DNA of 64,000 nucleotides from an uncultured archaeon (GTDB lineage: Archaea > Thermoproteota > EX4484-205 > JAAOZP01): assembly GCA_938045545.1 (NCBI GenBank), contig CALIBN010000002.1:90675-154674 (forward strand), read 5' to 3'. The notes under the pieces were generated by a model. It saw only the letters and a list, made by a program, of their open reading frames with translations. It was not told the DNA's origin and searched no databases. Numbering within the stretch: the first letter of the stretch is position 1; each line of letters opens with the position of its first letter. Positions 28,391 through 37,928 of this stretch are shown in pieces. A program made the position numbers and the translations under genes.

Positions 28391-30949
28391 CTATGCTAGA
28401 ACGTCATACTCCTCCGTGGCTGGAGGATGCTGCGGCCTACGCCTCCTTATCCAGAGCAGCGATACTGAAACAGCCAAGACGACGGCGAAGCTTATGACCA
28501 CAAGGATCAAGTACAGGTTGCTCACTTTGAAGAAAGCCTCTTTAACACCAGTATTGCCGTAAGGATCAGTGGCGTTGATCACCACCCTGTACTCTCCAAC
28601 CGGATTAGTGACTGGAAGATAATAGTCTCCAACCCACTTGCCACCCTGGTATCTGAGACTTATGACGCTCTTCAGGGTGGCGGAGGAAACCTCCGCGGTC
28701 ACATCCCCGTCTTCAAGCGTTGAAGAATCCGGGTATTTAACGACGGTTCTTAAAGAAACCGTTTCAAACCCGGCTTGATAACTCTCCTTCAAATCCTCCA
28801 TTTCAAAGCTTAGAACAGCCCTAGTTATTTCAACGGGAACCGTGTAGAAACCGTAGTTTTCAAAAGAGTCTTTAACAGTGACGTTCAACACGTACTGTCC
28901 TATTGGAGCATCCCTCGGAGCACTGATGTTTCCAACCCAAGCTCCGGCTGAGAACCTCAGCTGCGCGAGAGCCTGCGCAACACCATTATGAACCAGCTTA
29001 GCATCCACGAAGGCCCCTTTATCCCGAGAAACGTTCTCCAGCGTAAGAACCTCCTTAGAAGGATACTTCACCACCACGTTGACAGGTATTTTCTGGGTCC
29101 TGGAGAAAGTGCTTTCAAGCGGGTTTAATAGCTGTATGCTTAACCTAGCTGGAACAATCCTTATTTCCCGCGAGAAATCCCCACTGTTCCCCACACCGTC
29201 TACTGCCGTTATCCTGAGAACCCATTCCCCGGTTTCCTCGCGCGCCTGAATCTTCCAGGATATACTCCACTCCCCCAAGCCGATCTTGTCAAAGTTAAAC
29301 GGGCCCTTTCTATACTGGTCCTTAATGAGTTCAAGAGTCACGCTTCCGGATGGCAGGAGTGTCCCATCAGGGTATGCGACGCTAACCGAAACGTTTAGCC
29401 TAACAGACCTCTCATAAGTCTCGTTAAGCTGGTTTTTTAAAGTAATCCTCAGCTTAGCAGCGGTGAGAGTAAAAGTCCTGTTTCCTGAGCCAGCGTTACC
29501 ATACTGGTCTGAAGCCTCCACCTTGACCACATAGCTCCCCAACGGGTCTGACGGAACCGTCTTAATAATCTTAAACCAGTAGCCGTCATGCGTGTAATCC
29601 ATGAATATTTCCCTGCCTTCAACCCCGCCGTAGACCAGTTTCAGCCTTACAACCCCGTTCCAAGGCAGGCTTGAACCATCCTTGTATTTAACCCGAACAG
29701 TCACGTTTATCGGTTTAACCCTTTCATAAGTCGTGGCGTCTAAGACTACAGTCACGTTTAAAACTGCCTTAACCAAGGTGACTTGCAGAGCATCCGTAAC
29801 CACCCTCATGTTTTTAAAGTCCAACGCATCGTCGCACTCTATGAAGGCTGAAAGAACGCCGAGCTGAATATCCACGGGAACAGTTATCTGCTTGCTTACC
29901 TCACCCTTAGAATCCGTCTCTAGCCTCTGGCTGAAAACCACGTGCGTCGAGTTTTTCAAGTAGAGCGTAGCAGACCCGCTGCGCATCAGCCCACCCGCCT
30001 TAACTAGGATTATCGACTTCCGCTCCCAGACTCGCGGAGCATCCCAAACGCCGAAGTGATACTCGGTGACGCAGCCACTCGTGTTAACCCGCACGGTGTA
30101 GGTTCCTGGGGAAGGGTTTGCAAGGCTAATCGTGCGGGAGAAACTCCCAGTAGTGTTGGCGGTTAAATGCTCAGCGCTTAGAAGAGAACCGTTCGGATGG
30201 AGTATCTTCAGATTAAAGGAGGATGTGGGAAACTGGTATCCACTAATCTTCACCTGGACATTGCTGGAAGAAGTGTAGACGGGCTTATCCGTGAGGATTA
30301 TCGGGGAGAGGAGCATGGAGAACTCGTCGAAAAACGTTTTCACAACTTCCTGAGGCGGGTCGACAACGCCGAGGGAGAAGTTCACCTGCTTCACGAGAAA
30401 AAGTTTAACACCGGTCGCAATGGAGATTGTTTGACTCCCATTATAGAGTATTGTTAAAGCATCTGACGAAGCATCCACCCATATGGTTAAATTATACCAT
30501 TTCCCGGTTGAGAAAGTTACACCATCATTCCTCCTATCAAGCCTGAAGACCACCAGCTTCAGATCGTCGACAAAACCAAGCTTAATCTCATAAGTTGAAG
30601 AATCAGTAAGCACAAGGATTATTTTGGAGAAGTTGAAGCTTGTACCATTGTTTATCTTCAGGATAAAACTCGTTTTAAAAGAACCCTTAGCATCAAATAC
30701 ACGTTGTATGTAAGCACGGCCCCCAGACAATACGCTTATGTTTAAGCATGGTCCCCGGAAGCCGTCAGGAGAAAAAGAGTATGCTCCTGAGCTTGTGAAG
30801 GAGCCCGAGGGAGATATGTTTAGATTATTGGCGAAGGAAGCGTTGTAAGCGGGTATGAAGCACCCTTCAGCCTCAACCATGACAGGCATTATTAGGATTG
30901 TTAAGAGGAGTAGTGTTGCAGCAAGTATTACCGCAGTATCCTTCAGCAT
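28391..30949 (-). CDS. Large secreted, C-terminally membrane-anchored surface (glyco)protein with tandem Ig-like repeats
   Basis: 852 aa with a signal peptide (aa 1-27). The N-terminal region is possibly lectin/LamG-like. Four ~100-aa tandem repeats span aa ~394-809, each ending in G-x-Y/W-x-V/L-x-V/I-x-A/V-x-D-x-x-G/E-N. C-terminal TM (aa 812-834) plus an RRRR tail. About 20 N-x-S/T sequons. Confidence 0.8.
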   Translation of the reverse strand: MLKDTAVILAATLLLLTILIMPVMVEAEGCFIPAYNASFANNLNISPSGSFTSSGAYSFSPDGFRGPCLNISVLSGGRAYIQRVFDAKGSFKTSFILKINNGTSFNFSKIILVLTDSSTYEIKLGFVDDLKLVVFRLDRRNDGVTFSTGKWYNLTIWVDASSDALTILYNGSQTISIATGVKLFLVKQVNFSLGVVDPPQEVVKTFFDEFSMLLSPIILTDKPVYTSSSNVQVKISGYQFPTSSFNLKILHPNGSLLSAEHLTANTTGSFSRTISLANPSPGTYTVRVNTSGCVTEYHFGVWDAPRVWERKSIILVKAGGLMRSGSATLYLKNSTHVVFSQRLETDSKGEVSKQITVPVDIQLGVLSAFIECDDALDFKNMRVVTDALQVTLVKAVLNVTVVLDATTYERVKPINVTVRVKYKDGSSLPWNGVVRLKLVYGGVEGREIFMDYTHDGYWFKIIKTVPSDPLGSYVVKVEASDQYGNAGSGNRTFTLTAAKLRITLKNQLNETYERSVRLNVSVSVAYPDGTLLPSGSVTLELIKDQYRKGPFNFDKIGLGEWSISWKIQAREETGEWVLRITAVDGVGNSGDFSREIRIVPARLSIQLLNPLESTFSRTQKIPVNVVVKYPSKEVLTLENVSRDKGAFVDAKLVHNGVAQALAQLRFSAGAWVGNISAPRDAPIGQYVLNVTVKDSFENYGFYTVPVEITRAVLSFEMEDLKESYQAGFETVSLRTVVKYPDSSTLEDGDVTAEVSSATLKSVISLRYQGGKWVGDYYLPVTNPVGEYRVVINATDPYGNTGVKEAFFKVSNLYLILVVISFAVVLAVSVSLLWIRRRRPQHPPATEEYDVLA

Positions 30950-31039
30950 CTGTGATGCTTCTTAGCCAAGCGTTTTAAAGGTTTTGTTAGGTTTGTATCA
31001 AAATAAAATAGTCGGTTTCTGGTGTAGGCTTAACCGAAT

Positions 31040-31651
31040 CTACTGCTGCCTGAAAAGCCGTCTAATTCTAGCCAGCACCTTCCTTATCCATCCTGTTTTT
31101 TCAACCTTCAACTCGCCCTTCAAAACCATTTCTAAAACCCTTCTGTAGGCATCCGGGTTCCTAGAAGCCAGGAGTAACAGCGCCTCCTCGCTCAACCTTG
31201 AGCCCTTAGGCGGGGTGAAACCGTTCTCCATGTTTTTTAAAGGCTCCTTCTCGCTTTTTCTAAAGCCAATGATGTTTAAGACTAGGAGTATTAACCCTGC
31301 TGTGAAAAAAACTATGCTCTGCAAGCATGTTGCCCGATGTTTTTGAGAAAAACCACCAGTATCCTCAATAATTGCTCCACCCGGGGACGAGCCTGAAAAC
31401 CTCGCATCGTATTCAACAAGCAGAGTGGAATCCTGAGCCGAAGTGTTAAAAGATTCAGGCCTGAAAACCGTTAAAGACACGTTGTTAGTCAAGCATAGTT
31501 CAACAAGCGTCCCGTTGCAGAGGAAAGCTGTTACACGCATTGAAACATGAGTCTCGTTTCCCCAAACCGTTGTCGAAGGGTTTGCACACGTGTTAAGGCA
31601 AGTATTGAAAAGCATGGTCAAGAGGAATGTTAAGCATGTTTTTACGCGCAT
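31040..31651 (-). CDS. Hypothetical single-pass membrane protein
   Basis: The ORF runs to 31696. The likely start is MRVKTCLTFLL (31651), followed by a signal peptide, a ~100-aa Asn/Thr-rich ectodomain with N-x-S/T sequons, a TM helix and a basic helical tail. Confidence 0.45.
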   Translation of the reverse strand: MRVKTCLTFLLTMLFNTCLNTCANPSTTVWGNETHVSMRVTAFLCNGTLVELCLTNNVSLTVFRPESFNTSAQDSTLLVEYDARFSGSSPGGAIIEDTGGFSQKHRATCLQSIVFFTAGLILLVLNIIGFRKSEKEPLKNMENGFTPPKGSRLSEEALLLLASRNPDAYRRVLEMVLKGELKVEKTGWIRKVLARIRRLFRQQ

Positions 31652-31798
31652 CGTCAACTCTATCTTTAAACTTAAAGAATGCTGATAAGCTCCCATGCGT
31701 CATGGCATCAATCCGCCCATCTTATCCTCATCCCTAATCAGATTTTTGAGGCGGTTTTCATCTGCCGGAGAATCCTATGGAGAGAAAGTATTTAAGCA

Positions 31799-32269
31799 TT
31801 AAGCATGCGACGGCTCTGAACCTGTCAGCTCTAAAATCTGCCGCGAGATATTCCTCCAGTGAGAACCTCTCCAGTATAACTTGCCACACGACTTGCACCT
31901 CCAGATCAAATCCACGTTTTTAGGCGCCTCAGGATTTTTCTCAGCCTCTTCAGGAGGCAAGGGCTCAAGCTCACCGTTGCAAACCGTGCATCTTAAAGAA
32001 CCTTCCTGGAAAAACAGCTTAAACCTCTCCACCAGGAGCCTTAACACCTCCTCCTCCGTTAAACCCTTAGTTAAAACCACTTCAACACCCTTTCTCTCAG
32101 CTATTTTCGCGAGCTCCTCGTCTGAAGTCACGAGTACGCGAACGCCTAAAGCCAGTTGAACAATATCCTCATCATTAACACTATTCAGGTACAGTGTGTC
32201 ATAGCCCATTATCCTAAGCCATTTGGCAACGTAGCCATGCATACTGTCAACCAGAAACCTAGGGTCCAA
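31799..32269 (-). CDS. Mut7-C (DUF82) PIN-like ribonuclease domain protein with C-terminal zinc ribbon
   Basis: 156 aa. FLVDSMHGYVAKWLRIMGYDT, and CTVCNGEL...RCKSCGKLYWRGSHW are typical of Mut7-C. Confidence 0.7.
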   Translation of the reverse strand: MDPRFLVDSMHGYVAKWLRIMGYDTLYLNSVNDEDIVQLALGVRVLVTSDEELAKIAERKGVEVVLTKGLTEEEVLRLLVERFKLFFQEGSLRCTVCNGELEPLPPEEAEKNPEAPKNVDLIWRCKSCGKLYWRGSHWRNISRQILELTGSEPSHA

Positions 32270-33152
32270 TCCTAACGGCCTTTAGAAAATCCATTTCCGT
32301 TAAAAAGCCTTCCAGAGAGCCGGATTTAACCACTAGGGCTGAGCCGTAACTGCTCCTCTTGACTATTTCCCAAGCCTCAGTTACCCTGGCCTGGGGATCC
32401 AGAATAGGAGGATCCCTAACGGTGAAGTCGACAACGCTTAGCGACATAAACTCTCCCAGCGTCTCACCAGCATGCTTGAAGAACTCCCGGCCACCGAGGA
32501 ACCTGACTATTGAGCGGGATGAGAATAACCCTACTGGCTTAGACTTCTCTAAGCATGGTAAACGCCTGTGTCCAGAGCTGACCATGGTTTCAACACCTTC
32601 CCTCAGACTCCTGTCTATTGAGATGCAAACCGGAGACTTAGACATGTAGTCTTCGACGAACCCGTTTTCCAGAGAATAGTTAAACCTCTCAAGCACGTCC
32701 CGAACTGTCAAAACAGCCTTGAGCCGGTTGCTCTTGTCCACTACTGCAAGACTGTTGACACCGTTCTTCTTCATTAAAACTATTGACTCCAACATGTTTT
32801 CAGACAGGCCTATGCTTACCACGTCTTTACGCATGAGCCTAGCCACAGGCGTCGACATTATGTCCATAACAGGCGTTCCAGGAGATTCTCTAGACTTCCA
32901 GAGCAGGTGTTTAACCACCTCCATCGGGGTCACGATCCCCTCGAGAAGACCGCTCGCCGTAGCCACGAAAACTCTTCTAAAGCCTCTTGCAACCATTGTT
33001 TCAAGAAGCCGTGACAATGGAGTGGTCTTGGTTACCGAGAGCGGCGGGGAAGTAGCATAGTACAGTACTGTTGAAGGTGAAGAGTACGACCGAACCCTCT
33101 TTCGAGGGCGGTCCTTCATGTATCTTAATCCTTTCTCCCTATCCCTGCTCAA
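32259..33152 (-). CDS. CBS-domain protein (two CBS pairs)
   Basis: 297 aa with four CBS-like repeats (for example GIVTPMEVVKHL, AVLTVRDVLE, GLFSSRSIVRFL, GFLTEMDFLKAV). Confidence 0.8.
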   Translation of the reverse strand: MSRDREKGLRYMKDRPRKRVRSYSSPSTVLYYATSPPLSVTKTTPLSRLLETMVARGFRRVFVATASGLLEGIVTPMEVVKHLLWKSRESPGTPVMDIMSTPVARLMRKDVVSIGLSENMLESIVLMKKNGVNSLAVVDKSNRLKAVLTVRDVLERFNYSLENGFVEDYMSKSPVCISIDRSLREGVETMVSSGHRRLPCLEKSKPVGLFSSRSIVRFLGGREFFKHAGETLGEFMSLSVVDFTVRDPPILDPQARVTEAWEIVKRSSYGSALVVKSGSLEGFLTEMDFLKAVRIGP

Positions 33153-33154
33153 CT

Positions 33155-33724
33155 CTAATCTTCAGAGGCGATTTTAAGGTCGGCCATGCAGTCTTCGCAT
33201 AGAAGCCTTCCTTCGACGATGCTTAGAGAGTCGGACCACATGCCGCACTCCTCGCAGAATCCTTCGTAAAACTCTTTCCTTATTACGCTTCTTGAACGCT
33301 CCATGGCTGTTTTTTCAATCAGCTCGTATATTGCAGGTATAGCGTAGACCAGGTCTCTCTCAGAGACTATTCCCACAAGCCGCCCTCCCCTCTCGACGCC
33401 GAGCTTCTTAATTTTGCTCCTCCTCATCTTGTCGAGAGCCTCTACAATACTGCTGTCGCTGCTAATCTTCTTCAACGGGTTAGACATGACTTCCCTCACT
33501 TTCACAAGCCGAGGATCCTTGGATTTGGCGACAACCTTCTCTATAACATCCCTCTCAGTAATTATTCCAATATCCTTCCCCTCATCGTCAACAACGATTA
33601 GCGAGCTTATATCGTGCTGAACCATTTGGAGAACAGCTGTGTGAACAGACTCCCCTGGGCTTATCGATATCACCGGATAACTCATAACCTCGTCCACGGT
33701 TAATGCCTTCCTGCTCGGCTTCAA
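33155..33724 (-). CDS. CBS-pair protein with C-terminal zinc-ribbon
   Basis: 189 aa. One CBS pair (GIITERDVIEKV, GIVSERDLVYAI) followed by CEECG...CEDC. Confidence 0.8.
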   Translation of the reverse strand: MKPSRKALTVDEVMSYPVISISPGESVHTAVLQMVQHDISSLIVVDDEGKDIGIITERDVIEKVVAKSKDPRLVKVREVMSNPLKKISSDSSIVEALDKMRRSKIKKLGVERGGRLVGIVSERDLVYAIPAIYELIEKTAMERSRSVIRKEFYEGFCEECGMWSDSLSIVEGRLLCEDCMADLKIASED

Positions 33725-33822
33725 CCCCCTCCCCTTTTTGGCTAACTATTCTCTCCAAGAGTATTTAAACTAATAGGGGTTAAATTTATCTAGAGGGACT
33801 GCGGAGAATTACCGTCTTAAAA

Positions 33823-34131
33823 ATGGGCGGGTCTAAGAAGCTTCGCTTAAGCCAGCTGGAGAAGAGGCAGAAGGAGGAGAGTAAGAAGGAGAAGGCTGAA
33901 CGCCTAAAAAGCGAGAAAAAGGTTGGCGAAATTCTCCGCGATGAGGACGATAAGATACTCGAGAAGCTTAAGAACGTTAAGATTTTAACACCATATGTTG
34001 TCTTCAGCCAAACAGGCTTGAAAATGGGGGAAGCCAAGAGGCTTCTGAAAAGATTGGAGGAAAGAGGATTAGTGAAGAGGGTTGCTGGCAATAGCAGCGT
34101 TCCCATTTATGCTTTTCCGCAAGCTGCTTAA
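33823..34131 (+). CDS. rps25e: 30S ribosomal protein S25e
   Basis: 102 aa. Lys/Glu-rich N-terminus and a wHTH C-terminus (ILTPYVVFSQTGLKMGEAKRLLKRLEERGLVKRV). Confidence 0.85.
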   Translation: MGGSKKLRLSQLEKRQKEESKKEKAERLKSEKKVGEILRDEDDKILEKLKNVKILTPYVVFSQTGLKMGEAKRLLKRLEERGLVKRVAGNSSVPIYAFPQAA

Positions 34132-34502
34132 ACACGGGAAACAGAAACAACCTCCCCCTCTCTAAGGTTTTTCAAAGGATCTATCGGAGTCAATAGTCTT
34201 CCGATAAGAGTCACGTTTAGAAACCTGCAGTCGGGCGAGTCGGATGTGAAGAAAACCAGCCCCTGGAAGCGGGGAGAATAACCCACATCTCCCTGAGATG
34301 CCTCTGAAAGAGTCTTTTCAACCCCGATTTTCAAACCCATGGTTAAGTACAGGTAAGTGTCCCCCTTCCCCACGACACCTATCTTCGGCAGGGAGCCGCC
34401 TAGGGCTGAGAAAACCCTCGGCGAGAAGCCTCGTTTAACACTAAACCTGCAGACGTCGCTTTCACCCGAAACTATTTTTAGCTCGAGCACATCCATCGAC
34501 AT
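34128..34502 (-). CDS. Hypothetical protein (possibly second cyclophilin-like fold protein)
   Basis: 124 aa, beta-rich, with no recognisable catalytic motif. The coding call rests on ORF length and tight packing. Confidence 0.3.
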   Translation of the reverse strand: MSMDVLELKIVSGESDVCRFSVKRGFSPRVFSALGGSLPKIGVVGKGDTYLYLTMGLKIGVEKTLSEASQGDVGYSPRFQGLVFFTSDSPDCRFLNVTLIGRLLTPIDPLKNLREGEVVSVSRV

Positions 34503-34547
34503 AAAAGTTTAACAGAAACCCTTTGCAGGATATTAATAAGGCTTAGG

Positions 34548-34778
34548 GTGGTTGGATTGTTCATACTCATAGGGCCCCCGGACTCTGAGGAAAGGCTGAA
34601 ACGTTTGGAGAAGGAGAAGGAAAGGCTTGAAAAAGAGTATGAGGATCTTCAGAAAAAATTTGAAGAGGGGAGGATAAGCAAGGAGGAGTATGAGAAGAAG
34701 AAGCACGATATTGAGAGAGAGTTCGTGGAGGTTATGGACAGGATAGTCCAGTACAAGGCTTTTTCAAGCGGCTTTTAG
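34548..34778 (+). CDS. Small coiled-coil protein with SHOCT-like C-terminal motif
   Basis: 76 aa, GTG start, short hydrophobic N-terminus. GRISKEEYEKKKHDIEREF resembles the SHOCT motif. Confidence 0.4.
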   Translation: MVGLFILIGPPDSEERLKRLEKEKERLEKEYEDLQKKFEEGRISKEEYEKKKHDIEREFVEVMDRIVQYKAFSSGF

Positions 34779-34938
34779 GTTTCAGGAGCATTTCTAATGC
34801 ATAATTGCTGGCGGGTTCTGCGCAGGCCGTGTTAAGCAAACTTACAACTACTGATTGAGGAACACCGTCCAAATGGCTTGTTTCAACCGATTCTAGTTTA
34901 GAAAGGCTTAAAAATGGGTTTTCTCGAGGTAGAATGCG

Positions 34939-36570
34939 GTGAGTAAAATGAGCTCCTCGCAAGTAAAGGTTATTCCCTCGATAATTCTTAAAGAGGGAAG
35001 CAGGAGGAGCTTTGAAAAGGAGGCTCAGCTTTACAATCTTCTGGCATCAGAAGTGATCTTCGAAACCGTCAGGTCAGCCCTAGGCCCATTAGGCTACAGG
35101 AAAATCCTCGTGGATACGTTCGGCGACACTACAATAACCGGTGACGGGGCGACGATAATGAGCGAGCTGGAGGTTGAGCATCCTGCTGCAAAGCTGATTG
35201 TAGACGCGGCAAAGTCTCAGAACAAGGAGGTCGGCGACGGGGTTACAAGTCTAGTGGTGTTAACCCATTTAATGTTTAAGGAAGCCGATTCCCTGATGAA
35301 TATGGGGATACATCCCTCGATAATAATCGACGCGTATACCGAGGGGGTTAGGAGGGGTCTGGACGCTTTGAAGAGCGAGCTTGCCATCAGGATCGACCCG
35401 AGAGACCCTGATGTTTTAAGGAAAACAGTATTGTCCACAATACCCTTATCGCTAAACATGGCAGTAAGGGAGAGGCTTGCCGACATATCTGTTGAAGCAG
35501 CTAAAAGAATAATTGAGAAAGGGGTTGAGAACACTAGCGTTTTCGACGAGTTCTTGAAAACCGAGAAGAAAAGTGGCGGATCGATTCTGGATACTCAGCT
35601 GATCGAGGGAGTTGCACTCGACAAGGAGATTGTGCATCCCGACATGCCTAAAAGGGTTGAGAACGCGAGAATAGCCCTTCTAGACATGCCGATTGAAGTT
35701 AAGAAGACTGAGACGGACGAGAGGCTGAAATTCAGCGACGCCAGGATGATCAGGGAATTCCTCAAGACGGAGCAGAAAATGATGAGCGACATAGTTAACA
35801 GGCTTTCAGAGTTGAAAGTCAACGTGGTTTTCGTCCAGAAAGGCATAGACGACTATGCCCAATATCTTTTGGTGAAGAAGGGGATAATGGGCCTGAGGAG
35901 GGTTAAGAAATCAGACATGGAGAAGCTTGCACTCGCCACCGGGGCGAAAATCGTGAGTGTCTTGGAAGACTTGACTGAGGATAAGCTTGGTTTCGCGGGC
36001 ATTGTGGAGGAGCGGAAAACAGGCGGAGAAAAATGGACGTTCGTCGAGAAGGTTCCGAACAAAGCGGTTCACACCATCCTGGTGAGGGGGGAGAACGATA
36101 AGATTGCCGATGAGGCGGAGAGGATTGTTAAGAACTGTATCGCTGTTCAGAGGACGCTTGTCGAGGAGCCCTACGTTCTACCGGGTGGCGGAGCTGCCGA
36201 GGTCTTCCTCTCGCGTAAACTCGCGGAGATGGCTAAGGGAGGAAAGGAGGGCATTGTGCTCGAATCATTAAGCAGAGTGTTCGACTCATATGTGAAGCAG
36301 ATCGTAGCTAATTCAGGCGGGGATCCAGACGAGGTTTTAACCGAGCTTAAGGCGAGGCATGCTAAAGGAGAGAGGACAGCAGGCTTCGACGCTTTCAGCG
36401 GAGGAATCACGAATACTATTGAAAAAGGCATGTTCGACTCCTACAGGGTTAAGAAAACGGTGTACCTGGCTGCCCTTGAAACAGCCACAATCCTTCTAAG
36501 GGTTGACGACGTAATCATGGCGGCAAAAATGAAGCCTCCAAAGGGGAGGGAAGGCGGGGCGGAAGAGTAG
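34939..36570 (+). CDS. ths: Thermosome subunit (group II chaperonin)
   Basis: 543 aa. LGPLGYRKIL, VGDGVTSLVV and VLPGGGAAEV motifs, with a C-terminal Gly/Glu tail. The start may be ATG 34948 rather than GTG 34939. TATA-like CTTAAAAAT near 34905. Confidence 0.95.
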   Translation: MSKMSSSQVKVIPSIILKEGSRRSFEKEAQLYNLLASEVIFETVRSALGPLGYRKILVDTFGDTTITGDGATIMSELEVEHPAAKLIVDAAKSQNKEVGDGVTSLVVLTHLMFKEADSLMNMGIHPSIIIDAYTEGVRRGLDALKSELAIRIDPRDPDVLRKTVLSTIPLSLNMAVRERLADISVEAAKRIIEKGVENTSVFDEFLKTEKKSGGSILDTQLIEGVALDKEIVHPDMPKRVENARIALLDMPIEVKKTETDERLKFSDARMIREFLKTEQKMMSDIVNRLSELKVNVVFVQKGIDDYAQYLLVKKGIMGLRRVKKSDMEKLALATGAKIVSVLEDLTEDKLGFAGIVEERKTGGEKWTFVEKVPNKAVHTILVRGENDKIADEAERIVKNCIAVQRTLVEEPYVLPGGGAAEVFLSRKLAEMAKGGKEGIVLESLSRVFDSYVKQIVANSGGDPDEVLTELKARHAKGERTAGFDAFSGGITNTIEKGMFDSYRVKKTVYLAALETATILLRVDDVIMAAKMKPPKGREGGAEE

Positions 36571-36603
36571 AATGAAAATCGCTATGGAAGCTGAAGCTAA
36601 ACA

Positions 36604-36885
36604 TTGAGCGTCTCCTCTTTAAAAAACAGTATTGAGAAGAGAATAGAGGTCTCCAAAAAAAGGCTGACGAAGTTTGAGAAGACGAGAATAATAGGTTTAA
36701 GAGCTCTTGAACTATCATTGGGCGCTCCCCCTTTGATACCTGTTGAGCAAAGCAGTAGGCTGAGCGCTATCGAAATAGCGGCGCAAGAGGTTGAGAAAAA
36801 GATCCTCCCGCTGATAATCGGCAGAAGGATGCCTGACGGAAGCTACGTTTACGTCCCGTTGAGCGACTTAGAAGTAGAGGATTAA
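36604..36885 (+). CDS. rpoK: DNA-directed RNA polymerase subunit K (Rpo6)
   Basis: 93 aa, TTG start. LTKFEKTRIIGLRALELSLGAPPLI and EIAAQEVEKKILPLII match the Rpo6/omega fold signature. Confidence 0.85.
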   Translation: MSVSSLKNSIEKRIEVSKKRLTKFEKTRIIGLRALELSLGAPPLIPVEQSSRLSAIEIAAQEVEKKILPLIIGRRMPDGSYVYVPLSDLEVED

Positions 36886-36968
36886 ACCACATATTAGGCC
36901 GCCAGATACTTTTTAAAGTTGGGACCCGCGCCGAGCCCTATTAAGACCCTATACTGGCGGGCAGAAAG

Positions 36969-37013
36969 ATTTTTATTCCGGCTACCCAACCCTCCCTACG
37001 CAAGGAGGAGGTG
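36969..37013 (+). promoter_or_regulatory. Putative alba promoter (TATA) and Shine-Dalgarno-like element
   Basis: ATTTTTATT at 36969-36977, about 50 nt upstream of the ATG. GGAGGAGGTG at 37004-37013, 12 nt upstream of the ATG at 37026. Confidence 0.4.
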
Positions 37014-37025
37014 TAAGAGTAAACC

Positions 37026-37322
37026 ATGTGCACACAGACCACTGGACCGTCTCCTAACGTAGTGCTCGTAGGCAAGAAGCCAGCGTTAGTATACGCGGTT
37101 GCTGCGTTAATGCAGCTGACGTCTGAGCAGAGCGAGGTCACTCTTAAGGCGAGAGGGAGAGCAATATCGAAGGCTGTTGACGTCGTGGAGATCCTTAAGA
37201 GAAGGTTCCTAGGAAACCAGATGGTTCTGAAAAACGTTCAGATAGGCACCGAGACATTCCAGACGCCTGACAACAGGCAGAGGTTCATCTCGACTATAGA
37301 GATAACTGTTTCAAAGGCTTAA
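37026..37322 (+). CDS. albA: Alba DNA/RNA-binding chromatin protein
   Basis: 98 aa. NVVLVGKKPALVYAVAALMQL and VTLKARGRAISKAVDVVEILKRRF are classic Alba segments. Confidence 0.9.
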   Translation: MCTQTTGPSPNVVLVGKKPALVYAVAALMQLTSEQSEVTLKARGRAISKAVDVVEILKRRFLGNQMVLKNVQIGTETFQTPDNRQRFISTIEITVSKA

Positions 37323-37385
37323 AGGAAAGCAACCCAGCATAACCATCATCTTTGTTTTTTAATGTCCCCATTCTTAGTCCTTCAG

Positions 37386-37883
37386 CTAACGAAGCTTTTT
37401 AACCATCAGCAACCCTGATGTTCCATCTAAATAATAGTGGGGAATCTCGCGGACAACATGATAGCCAAGCGCCTTGTAAAGCCTGATTGCCTTCTCGTTA
37501 TTAACCCTCACCTCGAGGAAGCTCTCGTCGATAGAGTTGCGGATCATCTCATCCAGCACTGAGGTCATAAGGGTTTTCCCAATCCCTTTTCCGCGAAACT
37601 GCTTTTTAACAGCCAAGCTTACCACATGTCCCTTTCTCACTATAGTGAAGCCTCCTTCCGAGGGGAAGCCTGTTTCGATTCTGCACATCACGTATCCGAC
37701 GACCTCCCCGGTTTTAGCAAGAACGGCCACTAGAAAGTAGTTTGGAAACCTTTCAAGCAGATCCATGAAGAAGGAAGGCGGATAGTTTTCAGGAAGCTCC
37801 AGTCTGTTTATCTCAATAACGCTTGGAAGATGCTCCGGCTCCGCATGCTTAATGACCACCTCATCAGTCAAGGCGGTAACCAT
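37386..37883 (-). CDS. GNAT N-acetyltransferase (RimI/Ard1 N-alpha-acetyltransferase type)
   Basis: 165 aa. HVVSLAVKKQFRGKGIGKTLM acetyl-CoA (Q/RxxGxG) motif and LEVRVNNEKAIRLYKALGY. Confidence 0.8.
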   Translation of the reverse strand: MVTALTDEVVIKHAEPEHLPSVIEINRLELPENYPPSFFMDLLERFPNYFLVAVLAKTGEVVGYVMCRIETGFPSEGGFTIVRKGHVVSLAVKKQFRGKGIGKTLMTSVLDEMIRNSIDESFLEVRVNNEKAIRLYKALGYHVVREIPHYYLDGTSGLLMVKKLR

Positions 37884-37928
37884 TTTCCCGTTTTTCCGAG
37901 CACGCCTGCCTCTTTAAAACTATTATGC

